This document shows positions 11,821-24,100 of a stretch of 64,000 bases of DNA, in pieces. The stretch lies in NCBI GenBank assembly GCA_030324005.1, contig JARDVH010000042.1, positions 48,843,185-48,907,184 of the forward strand, given 5' to 3'. This stretch comes from Negaprion brevirostris. Taxonomy: Eukaryota. The notes beneath the pieces were generated by a model, which made no database searches, had not been told where the DNA came from, and was given only the letters and a program-made list of their open reading frames with translations. Made by a program: the position numbers and the translations under genes. Numbering within the stretch: the stretch's first letter is position 1; the number at the start of each line of letters is the position of its first letter.

Positions 11821-14223
11821 GTGTGTAATTGTTGATTTTAGTTAACACTTATCACTTTGTTAAAAGAGTACTTACACTTGTAAAGATAATACTTAACTCT
11901 CTTTGCGATTAGTCCATACTTATCAGACAATACAGCATCTTCATGAGATGCAACACATTTCAATGATGCAGACAGCAAAATATTGTTTCCATGTAGCTAA
12001 CTCAGAAAGCAGCTTTTACATATTCACATTTAACCATACAGTGCCTGAAATTGCTACTCCATTAATGCATAACAGTAAATTAGTCACACCATTATTTTGA
12101 TATCAAAGTCTGGCCCATTAATGAACTCACAGATTATCACCTTAATCAGATTTGTTTATCAATTCAATGATATAAACACAACTATTTGGACTGTCAAGTC
12201 TCTGAAGTTTTTCTCTTTGCAGACCCAGATGTATACAGAAAGCGAAGTTCTGACAATAGTGTCAGTCTCAACGAAATGATATACAGCAGTGCATATGCAG
12301 GACAATCATCATCTGTCAGTTGTAAAATTAATTCCAAAGTACTACTAGACACCATTATCAATGAAAACAAGTTTTCAGCTCAACTAATAAATGAAAAGGG
12401 CTAAAGAAAAGCTGGAAAGGCTTGGCCCCATAAATTTTACCTTTTGATTTGGAGGGTTCTGTACCAATGTGTAAGCATGTATATCTCAAATTCTTTCACA
12501 GGGAAGTGAATTCTTGTCAGTCAAAATTCATAGTTGTCAGAACAGAAAAGGATGACTTTTTTGGAGGGGAGTCAAGTTAAATGCCATAAAAGCAGCATGA
12601 GGACTGGTTGATAGGTATGGGGCCAAATTTTCCTCTGGGTTTGGGATGTCTGACCTGCAAATGTTTGCAATTCGCAAATGCATGCGACTCACAAATGTCT
12701 GATCCATGTGTGACTTTACAAGAGATTTTCACTTTTTCACACAGGGATCAGATTCACAGTGCATTTTGCAAGCCACAACAGAGTGGGTGAGGAGTATAGG
12801 TATGGAAGGGGCCAGTTAGAAAGACATGGGCAGCAGTTGTTTTTAAGGCAGCTCACCATGACCACCTTTTCAAGGGCAATTAGGGATGGTCAATAAATGT
12901 TGGTCTAGCCAGTGACATTTAGATCCTGTGAAATATCTTTCAAAAGGCCCACCTCAGTCCTCGAATACAACAGCCCAACGCCCAACATTGTTTAAAGACC
13001 CCCTAAATCTCACCGCTCACTCCAATCCACTCACCCCATGCCACCTCACATTCTCCATGTTATCCCATGCCTCTTTGATATCCCTATGCCACCTCACATT
13101 CCTCATCCCATCTCAATGCCTCCCGTGTATCCTCCATAGCCACTTACCCAGTGTCTGCTATATATGTTTGTCAGGAGCCATGTAATAGCAATAAGAATTA
13201 TCTTAGTCATTGTAGATCGGTTTCAATCTAAGAAAACCCTAAATTCAAATTCTCTATCAGTGACATTGGACCAAAAAAAACCCAAAGCAAATGCAAACAA
13301 GAAACCACATCAAAGACATATCTTGTTATTACAGGTTCACAAAAATTTTAATTAATAGGATCGCCTGCTGAGCTGAAGCATTTGAAACTCAACCAAGCAT
13401 TCATAATGAACTATTGTCATGACAAAATCTTCCCACTCCACGACAGAACAAGTATCCGTTTCCATTTCAAAGCAGAATACCTTTCAATCAGTTGAGGGAA
13501 GCAAGTGAGTAACATTTTTATAAAGAGAGCTTGATCTGCCTGTCCAGTTAAAGCAGAGGATAAAGACATGATAGCAGAGAAAATGTGTTATATTTCTAAT
13601 ATATCATACTTTCTTCATTGGAAAAATAGTGTAATAGTATGAATAATTACATAACACTAGTCAACGTAAGGGTTACTTTACCTTTACAAGACTCTATGAT
13701 CAATCACAGCATGAAAACACATACGCTACACTACAGATGCTAATAGTGACATGTGAAGGTGTGAAAACATTTTAAATAACTTTCAGAATGTTTTGGACTC
13801 CACAGCAGGTTTTCCATCTGTTTCATAAACACTCAAACCAGGTTTGCTTTTAACAGGCTTCCAAAACCTTGCACCACCAGATGAAAATGGTTTGCAGGAA
13901 GAAATCTGACATTCATCCCCCATTTAAGATGGAGAACCTGACCTCAGCATGGGCACACTTTTGCACACTAGGCATTCTTCTCCAGCAAAAGGGTGAGAGG
14001 AAAATAGCATGGGGTTGGGAATGATCAGACAATTGGATTTTCATGAAAGAAAAATCAAAGTGCAGTCATTCACGCAGCAAAACATACCTCTGCACTCAAA
14101 TGAAAATTCAGTCCATGGGTTAGAATGAATTATCCTTCCTTACTCTCGAGAAACAGAACTAAACAGCCTCTAATACACTGCAAGTGTGGCGCAGAGCTGT
14201 GAAAAGTGTACACAGCCAAGAGC

Positions 14224-14620
14224 AGTAAAAAGTCTCACAACGCCAGGTTAACGTCCAACAGGTTTTCTTGATAGCACAAGCTTTCGGAGGTCACTCTTTC
14301 TTCAGGTGAGTGAGAAGTTGTGGTCACAAAAAGGGCATACAGTGACAAAGACTCAATTTACAAGATGATGGTTGGAACGCGAGTCTTTACAGATACTTGC
14401 ATCTTAAAGGTACAGACAATGTGAGTGGAGAGACACTTAAACACAGGTTAAAGAGATGTGAATTGTCTCCAGCCAGGCCAGTTAGAAAGATGTTGCAAGC
14501 CTAGGCAAGTCGTGGGGGTTACAGATAGTGTGACATGAACCAAGATCCCAGTTGAGGCCGTCCTCATGTGTGCAGAACATGGCTATCAGTTTTCGCTTGG
14601 TGATTCTGCATTGTCGTGAA
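14224..14620 (-). mobile_element. Penelope-like element 3' end (GIY-YIG C-terminus plus pseudo-LTR)
   Basis: Minus strand encodes ..KLIAMFCTHEDGLNWDLG.., followed by a pLTR homologous to 44850-45297 and 55957-56654. Confidence 0.85.
14275..14308 (-). ncRNA. Minimal type I hammerhead ribozyme motif in a Penelope pLTR (sense to the host pre-mRNA)
   Basis: Minus strand reads CAC-CUGAAGA-aagagugaccucc-GAAA-GCUU-GUG. Core intact, stem I CAC/GUG, palindromic AAGCUU stem III, weak stem II. Confidence 0.55.
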
Positions 14621-15919
14621 GGCCCAGACATACAGCCAATAAAAAACAGAGCAGTTTTGTTTTTCAAAACTGTGCTGAAGTTTTGCATGAACAGACAACA
14701 TTACAGTACAAATTTTATTAGTACAAATTGCAGTGGGTGAAGTCATAATCAAAGTGATGACACCTCATATTTGAATCCAGGACAGCTTCCTATAGATAAG
14801 CAGACATTCTCCAAACCTTTCTAATGGTGATGGCCAGGAATTTGTCTCTGTGGGCTGTGCACCAAGAAGCCTCGATTAACTGGCTCAATATCAGCTTCTG
14901 AATACCTTCCTCTGGGTCGTACATATTCAAATTATTCATTTTGTAATTCAATCCCATGATTCAAATGGACTCCAATTAAAATTCCAATTAGTAACTGTCC
15001 TCTCTGGGAACCATGGGTGGTAAAGCAATATAACATCTGCAGCTAAAAGATTTAATTTATTTAGAAAAAAAATAGGCAATGACATCTCAGTAGAACAATT
15101 CTTTCAATGACAACAGTACAACAAGGTTACTTCTCTCTGAATTATATCTTAGGGTCGCTGTAAATGAAACTTAACTACTGTAAATCCCCAAGCTAACTTA
15201 CTCCAGATACTGGTCATGCAATATTTATTCCAGCCTCAATTGTTCAGCACTCCATGAGGAGACTTTCATCTGCTCGCTGGCTGGTCGGTAAACCGGAGGA
15301 ACAGACAGATCACCCTCCCTTTCAGGATCCTGGTCAACTTTCACTGCATTAAATGAATGAAATTCAGCCAGATTCTACAACAGGCTAAGCAGCCACTCTA
15401 CAGATTACAGCCAAGACCACAAAGACAAAATTCTATCCCACTTAGTGTCCAGTGCTTGCTGCCTGACTATCAGAAAAAGCAAATTGGCAGCAAAATAATT
15501 TCAGACGTGATGATAAATCATTCAGCTGACAAGCTGTAACTTCCATTCTGTTTTTGAAGCAAATCATTTGCAATTAGTATTCCTTATCCCAGTGTTGCCC
15601 AATACATTAGTAACAAGCCCCATGTGACTGATTGGGAATCCAGGTGTGATTTAATTGCATATCTGATTAATGATCCTAATATTCATTTTCACAGTGAACG
15701 CATGGCTGCTTCTACCTTTTTAACCTTGAGAAAATGGTAAAATAAAGAAATCAGAATGTGAAAATGATTTTTCTCATCATTTTCAGTGCTGCATTTTCCT
15801 TGTGTTGGATAGTGGTAGATGTTTATACACATTAACACACAGGAAGTATATTTATTTACCCGTACTGTGCAAATATGATCCAAAGTACTTTCTACGAAAA
15901 TGGGATGCATGTAATAGAA

Positions 15920-16236
15920 TGGCACGGTGGCACAGTGGTTAGCACTGCTGTCTCACAGTGCCAGGGACCCAGGTACAATTCTGGCCTTGGGTCACTGCGT
16001 GTGTGGAGTTTGCACATTCTCTGTATTGGTTTTCTCCAGGTGCTCCAGTTTCCTTAAACACTCCAAAAATGTGCAGTTAGGTTCAGTGGCCACGCTAAAT
16101 TGCTCCTTACTGTCATGGGAGCTAGCAGGTAAGTATATGAGTTATGGGGATTGGGCCTGGGTGTGATTTTTGTTGGTGCAGATTCAATGGGCCTAATGGC
16201 CTCCTTCTGCACTGTAGGGATTCTAAGATTCTATGA
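15920..16236 (+). mobile_element. HE1-type V-SINE, full length
   Basis: tRNA head ggcacggtggcacagtggttagcactgctg, V-core gtgtggagtttgcacattctc...ggccacgctaaattg, CR1-derived tail atggcctccttctgcactgtagggattcta. Confidence 0.9.
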
Positions 16237-17689
16237 AACAGTAACACTATAGCCAAACAGATGGCCGGCTAGTCAGTGATTTATGTGACACAACACTCTC
16301 TTTCACAATTCAATAGCATTGGTTTTCCATTTTTTTAAAATCAGAACCCTTCTACTAAGGTACAAGAAAGGTAGCTGATCAAGTCTGATGTGTATCACTG
16401 ATTTGAGTTCTCATGAAAGGTCATCAACCTGAAATCACTAACTCTGTTTCTCCCAACAGCTATTGCTTGTTCTGCTGTGTCAATATGCGCGATCTTCTTG
16501 GAGATCCTCTCCACTTGGAGCCAGCAGTTTGCTGTGTCAATGGTAGCCATGATGTGGAGATGCTGGCGTTTGACTGGGGAACCTCAGTCCACTATTTAAG
16601 GTGACAGCATGGAAATATAAAACTATTGGTAAATTGTCAAAATCTAAAAATTTATGTCCCAGAACATTCTAGGGAATAAGTAGCCACTGTCCAGTTCATA
16701 TCCAAGCAAATAAGAAATATAGTCACATTCCTGTCAAATGTACTTTGTGGGAGGAGATGAAGACTACATACTTTTCCATGTTTTCTCCCAGTTTTCATCA
16801 ATCAAGACATCTCCTAAGCCTTTTGATCACTTGCACGATGTTTTTCACTTGATAAATCAGATTACTGCTTATGAAGATAAACATCTGGATTGTAAGTCTT
16901 AAATAGCTTAAAATGAAGGGCTGTTTTAAATCCGTTCTATTGTGTCTGGATAATGTAGCAGTTTTTGCGATGATCAATNNNNNNNNNCCCTACAGACCTA
17001 GGTGAGTTCCAAGAAAGAAAGTTAATGAGGTGAGGTGTTTAAATAACACCAGAGAAGCACTGAAACAGTAACCTCATCAGCGAAATTTCTGTATTTATGA
17101 CTACAAAAGTCAAAGGGATTCAAAAGTTCATAGTTCAGTTTGTTCCCCCACATAGTATAATCATTTCAGGAATTTCACAAGTTGCAGTTCTCCCTACACT
17201 GTAGACTGCATTCACTGATGGTGAATCACTCACTACCAACGTATTGGAGAGTTCAGCACGCAATCTCTAGAATGACTGGATGAATATCTTCACAGAATAT
17301 TATTAAATCCAAACATAAAGTTCCCAAAAGTCTAGTTCTGAAAGGAAAAACGTTCTTGATTGTTTTGGCAGATTTTCAAATCTCGTAACAACATTTGATT
17401 TAGCATGAAGTTGAGTGCTGAACAGTGAACCTCAGCGTTAATAATAATACAAGGTAGATATCCTTCAATAAATTCACTTTAGAATGTAAACACAAAGGGT
17501 AAGTTATTTTTGGCTTCAAATAAGCAATGTCAGTACACCTCAACATGCTGGAAAATGAATGAAAAATGTCAAAGCACAGAATGTCCTGGGAAGGCATGGT
17601 CCCAAAATCATTACGAATTCACGTTGCACCTTCAGAGCTCAATTCCAGGTCAGAATTGAGAGGCAGCAGTGCCAACCACTGTACCAGCT

Positions 17690-18003
17690 GTATCTGCACT
17701 CTGCAATTTTAAGATATCTGCACTTCTCTAATCCAAGCCTCCCCAATATTAACCACCGACCATGCCTTCAACTTCCCAGGCCCAAAATCTGGAATTTTTT
17801 CCCCAAACCTCTCTATTGTCCTTTTCATCTCTCTGCCTTCCTTAAAAAAAGCCCCTGAAGACTTCGACCAAGTTTTTGATCATTGGCCTTAATGCCCCCG
17901 TATATGACTTGGTGTTAAATTCTGCCTTATAACGTGCCCCTAAACTGATTTGGGATGTTTTATTATGGTAAAGGCACTATGTAAATATAAGTTGTCGTTG
18001 TTG
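17690..18003 (+). mobile_element. L2-type LINE 3' remnant
   Basis: Ends ...ttgggatgttttattatggtaaaggcactatgtaaatataagttgtcgttgtt, an L2-like tail related to the DeuSINE tail. Confidence 0.55.
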
Positions 18004-18244
18004 AATTATGAGGGTGACAACTAATTTACCTGTGACGGAAGTGTATTGTTAAAAATTCTATTATTTAGCAATAGCGACTATTTCTGAGAGCAATGACTAG
18101 ATTGGAGTTTTAGTTTTCTCAGAATTGGCAGTACTGGCAGAGGTAGGAGCATACTGGCTGTAAATTTCTCCTGAGAGGGGGACAGAAAAGGGGGAGTGTT
18201 ACTGACTGGAACATTTTGAAATTTGAGATTTAGAGCTAAACGAT

Positions 18245-18584
18245 AGTCATGGGCTCAAGTCTCATTCCAGAACTTGCACATACAACCGAGATGGATCAGT
18301 GAAATACTCAAGGAATGTTGAATTATTGCAGATGCTGTGGGAAGGGTGTAAAAGATCCCAGGGCACTTTTTCGAAGAATAGGGGAATTCTCCCAATGTTC
18401 TGATTAACATTTGTTCTTGCATCAACATCACTAAAACTATTCAGCAAATTGCTATTTATGGGAACTTGCTATGCGCAAATTGGCTACCATGTTTATCTAC
18501 ACAAATAACTGTGATTATGCCATCAAGTATTTTGAGGTGTACTGAAATGTGACACCTTGCCTTACATTTGCAAGTTCTTTCTTT
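18245..18584 (+). mobile_element. DeuSINE (SacSINE1/AmnSINE1-related), decayed
   Basis: Deu-domain motif tgtaaaagatcccagggcactttttcgaagaatagggg and tail ...gcgcaaattggct...gcaagttctttcttt. Confidence 0.75.
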
Positions 18585-18630
18585 ACACCACAAACACAAC
18601 TGAGTTCTTATAATTCATTAGCTCCTCTGG

Positions 18631-18998
18631 AAGAGGCATTGTGGTATTGTCACTGGACTAGTAATCGTGAGACCCAGGGCAATGCTCTGGGGAATTCGGT
18701 TCAAATCTCACCACAGCAGATGGTGCAATTTGAATTCAATAAAAATCTGGATTTAAAAGTCTAATGACAAACATGAAGCCATTGTCAATTGTAAATCTGG
18801 TTCTCCAATGCCCTTTAGGGAAGGTAATCTGCCACCCTTTCTGATCTGGCCTATGTGTGACTAGATACACAGCAATGTGGCTGATTCTTAAATGCCTTCT
18901 GAAATGGCGAAGCAAGTCATGAGTTGAAGGGCAATTAGGGATGAGGAATAAATGCTGGCCCAGCCAGCAATGCCCGCATCCCATGAACAAATAAAAAA
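18631..18998 (+). mobile_element. tRNA-derived SINE (ataaatgctggcc tail family)
   Basis: gtggtattgtcactggactagtaatc head, ggttcaaatc B-box, ctttagggaagg core, aataaatgctggcccagccagc tail. Confidence 0.85.
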
Positions 18999-20439
18999 TA
19001 TTGTTATAAGAATTAAGAGCAGGAATAGATTGCCATAAGGGTGCTATATAAATTTGCAACTGCTTTGTCTACAGTTTTACCATGAACCCAGTTTGTTTTA
19101 AATACCTGTACCCTGCGTATTTTTCTCATCACATAGAATCCATCAAAACTGCAAGTTTCAGAGTAACAAATCCATATACGTATTTTAGCCAAAAATTCAA
19201 AAATTGTATTTAAGAGTCTAAAGACGAAGTTAGCAGGAACTGCCCATGGCTATCTTTCACAGTAAAATTAACACACTCCGAGCTGTACAACTTAACCAAA
19301 TTGCCAATTATCCTTATCATCTGCCAAGTGAAATATCCAGCCATCATCTTTCCAATGATTGGAATATTTTCTTTTATCCTAAATAGGGTTAGATGGGGCA
19401 TGGATTATGGTTGTGTGATGCGATGTCGGGGTGGAGAAATCATGTGCAACATGATTTTTGGATGTATGGCAAAAATACAATTCTAAATACAGTTTTAAAA
19501 ATTGCAACTTTCAGTAATCATGCCATAATTTAAATGTAAATGGATGCACCTCTGTCTGTAGGCAGCAGTCAATGCTCACATTAGCTCTCCATGCAGCACT
19601 GGATTATACAGGAAAGATGCAAACTGAAATCAGATTAAAAATAAAAGAGACTTTCAGCTGTTAATCGTTAAGTATTGTCTGAGGACTCTGAAGGCCCACT
19701 GCTTGCACAAGAAGTGGGAACTGACTTTGCTCCACAATGGCAAGGTGCCCTCAAAGAGCCAATAGATTTCTGTGTGGTAGCCATGGTCAGGCAAGCAAGC
19801 AAGCCCCAGAAACTGAGCTAGTGCAGCGGTGGGGGGGTCTTCAGGCTCCTTTCCATAAAGATAAGGAAGAGAAAACAGATATGAGGAGATTCTTTCAGGA
19901 AGGGGAAGAACATGTGATGGATGTCAGAAAGTGATTGGAGTTCACTTTGTCCGTGATTAAGACAGTGGGAGTATTGCTGAAAAAAGACATGTGTTATTTA
20001 AGTTTTCATCTTGCAACCATTAAGGCAAATGCAGCAATGTCAAGTTTGAAAAGATCACAACCCGTAGCACAGGAGAAAAGGCACGTTGATTCCACTTGGC
20101 CGAGGTGTTGCTATGGAGGAAGCAATGGAGAAGTATAGGCTCCCCAGTAATTCAAAAAGGAGGAAGACTTGAACATATTTCTTTTGTGTGCAGAGAACGG
20201 TCCCTGTGCATGAACATTTGGTGCTTTCAGTAAGTGTCAATGAAGCACACTATGAGCTTGACTGATTATCTTAAACTGGTTGTTACTGCAGCTAATAGTG
20301 CATTTAAGATTGTTCAGCCAGTGCTGCCTAACTGTGGAATCACAGCTAATAATAGATGTTCTGTTTTGAGTCTTGTAAGCGCAGGCTGATTATGTCCTGT
20401 ACTCTGTCTATACAAAGAACCAAGGAACATGCTCTTTGA

Positions 20440-20860
20440 TTCAATCAAGCAGTGGAAAGTACAGCCTATATCTGGCATTGCACTAACAGTGAAATTCATG
20501 GGAGTAGAGATGTCATGGGAAATGGCAAGGTTGAGGGGTTAGATGTGAATTTCGGTAGGGGAGTTAATGCGAAGGGGGACCTTAAGAGAGGGTTAGATAG
20601 CAGTATAATCAGAAGAGAAAGAGAGGACAATAACTTGAGGCGGAATTTGGAATTGTGAATGAAGATGAGCAGCCCCTATTGCAGAGGCTACGGGAGGAAA
20701 GCAGGGGAATATCAGTAAGAAACTTAGGTTGGCATTTAAGTAGGGATGGAAAAGGAGGATTTGAAAGGAGTGGGAACAAGGGTAATGTTGGAAAATATTA
20801 GGGGCCTTGAACCAAACAGGGCTGCTAGTATTGATGGCATTCACTCACGGGTGATCACAG
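20440..20860 (-). mobile_element. L2-type LINE apurinic-endonuclease region remnant
   Basis: Minus strand resembles a decayed ...LLS.LSL..INSPT.IH...LNLAI segment of an L2 APE domain. Confidence 0.45.
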
Positions 20861-21974
20861 TGATAGGAGGTAAAACAACAGAGGACAATGCTTATATTTT
20901 TTAGAGTCAGGGATTGTTCTCATGGACCAAGGGAAGCCAGTATATTTATATTTTAAAAAGGCAGTGAATAAAAACCAGGAAATTATTGACACTATAGCTT
21001 GACTTCAGCTACAGGCAAGTTGCTGAAAGAGATTGGTTTTGACAGAAACACTCTCTATCATGGCGAAAATTCCAGAAATGGTTCAGATTTCTAAGCCCCA
21101 AACCCAGCATTTTCCAACTTTGCCAGGGCAGCATTGAAGTCAGACTGGAGTTTAACCATGTGCAATTCGCAATTAAATCATCAGTTGCCTCCACTGAAAT
21201 GGGATTTTGGAAGGCCGACAGTGTGAAATCCAGAGTATGCCGATCTGAACAGGTAAAAGCTGGTCTGAATTTGGTGGGTTAATTTGGAAAGTCAGGTGGA
21301 GAGATATGATGCCCCTTTGATAAGATCCTGGGACAACTTTGGGAGAAGTCTGACACAGTCTGGGATTGCTAAAACTGAACATGATAATGCACTGAAATTA
21401 TGAAGCTATTAAAGAACAATCCAGCTTTAAATGAATTGTTAAAGAGTTGTCCAGCTGTCAAATGTGTCGAGGAAGTATCAAACCTATCAATAAATGGTCC
21501 AAATATGCTAGGTGCGTTCGCACGGTAGGAGTAATGGCAAAGGGGGGTGTGAACTGACATGAGTTGGTAATAAATTGACATAAGGGACTTGGAGAAATGG
21601 GTATAGGGCATAGGGCCTGTGTGCATTAGGAATTGGTGGAGGGGCATGGGTTATAGGTTGGCAAAGATGGGGCATAGGGATAGCAAGGGGGTGAGGAATG
21701 GAGGGATTTTTTTCTCTATTTCATTATCTTTCATTTAATAAAACACAGCGCCAGAGTAAATCTTGTGTCTACCCACCTCCACACCCAGCAACCTTCGCAC
21801 TCACTTTGGGGTTGCCCACCCCAACTCTTATTTCAGCCGCACCATTAGCCACCCCCATGACTGAGAATCAGATCAGTGGGTGCCCATTTTTAAAGGGTGG
21901 GTTCACCAAGTCGTGAAATCTCTCGACTCTCTGGATCCAACTTGGATCCTGTCAATCCAATTGAAATTTTTGCT

Positions 21975-23270
21975 TTGTTACTAGGCCACAGTTCACACAT
22001 TATATTTGGATTTTCAAAAAGCTTTTGGCAAGGTTCCACACAATAAACCAATCGTGAGATCCCTTTGGGATTGGAGGGAAGATCAGGGAGTGGGTATGAA
22101 ATTGGTTGCTTTGTTAAGTACAGCGTTCTTTTCAGTAGTGCTTCTGTGGGGAGACTAATTACTGGTGCATCCCTGCAGGGATCCATGTTAACACCATCTC
22201 TCTTCAGTACATATATTAATCATCTGACTGAAGACCCTGGGGAACTGTCAGTAAGCTTTCAGAAGAAGCAAAGATTTGTGCTGGTGTTAGAATCCAAGAT
22301 GAGCAGACAACAGTCACATCTAGATATAATAGGGGAATAGGACTGTGTCCAACAAATGACATTTAAATATAGTGTAATGCAATTCTGAAGTGTTGAACCT
22401 AGGCACAGAAAAACCATGCAAAGCTTGTAACCAATGTATCCTTTAAAATGTAGTTGTTGGGCATGGTCAGGCATTTCAATGCACCTTCTCTAACTTGTTT
22501 TGGGTATTTGTGCATATACATTAGTTAGCATGGAACAAGAATTGGGGGTACCTTCCAACCTGCTCCAAGGCTGTACACACCCATGGCTTAGCAGGAACAT
22601 GTCTAACTACAGTCAGTTAAGTGGGAAAGAGATATAAGATGTACTGTTACTAATGAATCATACAAGGCACAAGTAAAGGATGCATTTTTTTAAAAATCCA
22701 TTGTATATGGGCTTTCCATATTTTCAGATTTATTTACCTAAAGTGAACCAGATGGGGTTTTACAGCAATCATAATGGTTTCAGATTTTTAAAAATTGAAT
22801 TCAAATTTCACCCTTTTCCATGGTGGGATTTGAATCCAAGCTCCCAGAGTGTTATTCTCGGTCTCTGGATTATTAGTCCAGTGACAATACCACTACATCA
22901 GTCCCTCCCCATAAGGCAATCCAATATGAAACAAAAAAAAGTACTGAAATGCTTTTGCATTAATTCCTGGTTAGGTTTCATCTAGAATACTGTCCAGTTT
23001 TGAACTCGTACATACTGGAAAATGTGGAGATCCTAGAAAAGGTTCAAAGAAAGACCACAGGAATGATACCCACTTTAAAGAATCTTACTTACCCCAAAAG
23101 GTTTAAGGAATTGTGCATGGAGAAAACTTTGGAAAAAGTTTTTAAATTTGAATTTAAAATGTCAGAACACGATTTTAATGATTAGATGAGTTGAATTAGG
23201 TAAGTCAGGAAGAATAAGGTGCATGCATCTAAGCGCAGCTCAAGGTTAGACGCGAGGAGGCCTGCCACTG
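21975..23270 (+). mobile_element. Decayed CR1 RT/3' fragments, interrupted by a partial antisense SINE (about 22735-22900)
   Basis: ttggattttcaaaaagcttttggcaaggttccacac (LDFQKAF.KVPH), QGS.L.P.LF..YIN, LEKVQRKTTGMIP.LK. Confidence 0.7.
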
Positions 23271-23714
23271 GCATCACACCAAGTGAATAGTTATAAGGTA
23301 GTTGAGTCTGGAACAGGAACAGATAGCAGGCACCACGAATGGCATTTTGATACTACTGAGGTGGACTTGCTGAAGAAGAACATGAGAAAGTTGTAGGTAG
23401 CCTCTAGCCATACTCCATTCTTCAGTACTAGAAAGGTCAATACAAATACCTTGTATACAAGCAACGGAGATTGCTAATGGCATCTGGATTATGTCATCTT
23501 AGAAACTGCTGGCCATATAAAAGAGTAATTTTGGAGTTTTTAAACAAAAAAGAATAGACTGGATTGTCTAATTATCACCTACAGTAACACTAATAAGACA
23601 GACGCTTAAGCATTAAGGAATATATGTTTATGATGTCACTGCATGTAGGTATATTTATTAAAATTTCTATGAGGGAAATTTTCACCAACTGTTCCAGACT
23701 GACACTCATAGTAA

Positions 23715-24100
23715 CATAGGAACAAATTAATAAGAGTTGGTAATTAACCACTTGGAATCTGTTCTGCTATTCAGTAAGACCATAGCTAATGATTTGCAAC
23801 CAAACTCCATTCACCTGCCTTTCTTGCATATTCCTTAATTCTTTTGGTCAACAAAAATCTATCAATTTCGGACTTAAAATTGACATAGCATCAACAATCA
23901 CTAGTGGATAAGTTCCAAATTACTGCCATTCTTTGTATGTAGAAGGATTTTACTCCTGAAAGGTTTGGTTCTACTTTTTAGGAAATGGTCCTGCAGTCCT
24001 AGATTTCCCAATGTGTCAGGATAGTTATTCTCCATCTGCAATAATTGCAAATGACAGGGAATAGAACTCTAATTCGTGAAATGTCTCCTCATAATTTAAT
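23715..24100 (-). mobile_element. CR1 3' end remnant
   Basis: cataggaac...ttctgctattcagtaagaccatagctaat reverse-tail signature followed by a typical antisense 3' region. Confidence 0.6.

Noticed and set aside
12205-12404. Plus-strand pyrimidine tract plus CAG followed by an open frame (possible nested antisense exon)
   Set aside because: No recognisable protein similarity, no convincing donor and no partner exons.
15920-16000. tRNA-like sequences here and at other SINE heads
   Set aside because: They continue into SINE cores and tails and do not form complete cloverleaves; not tRNA genes.
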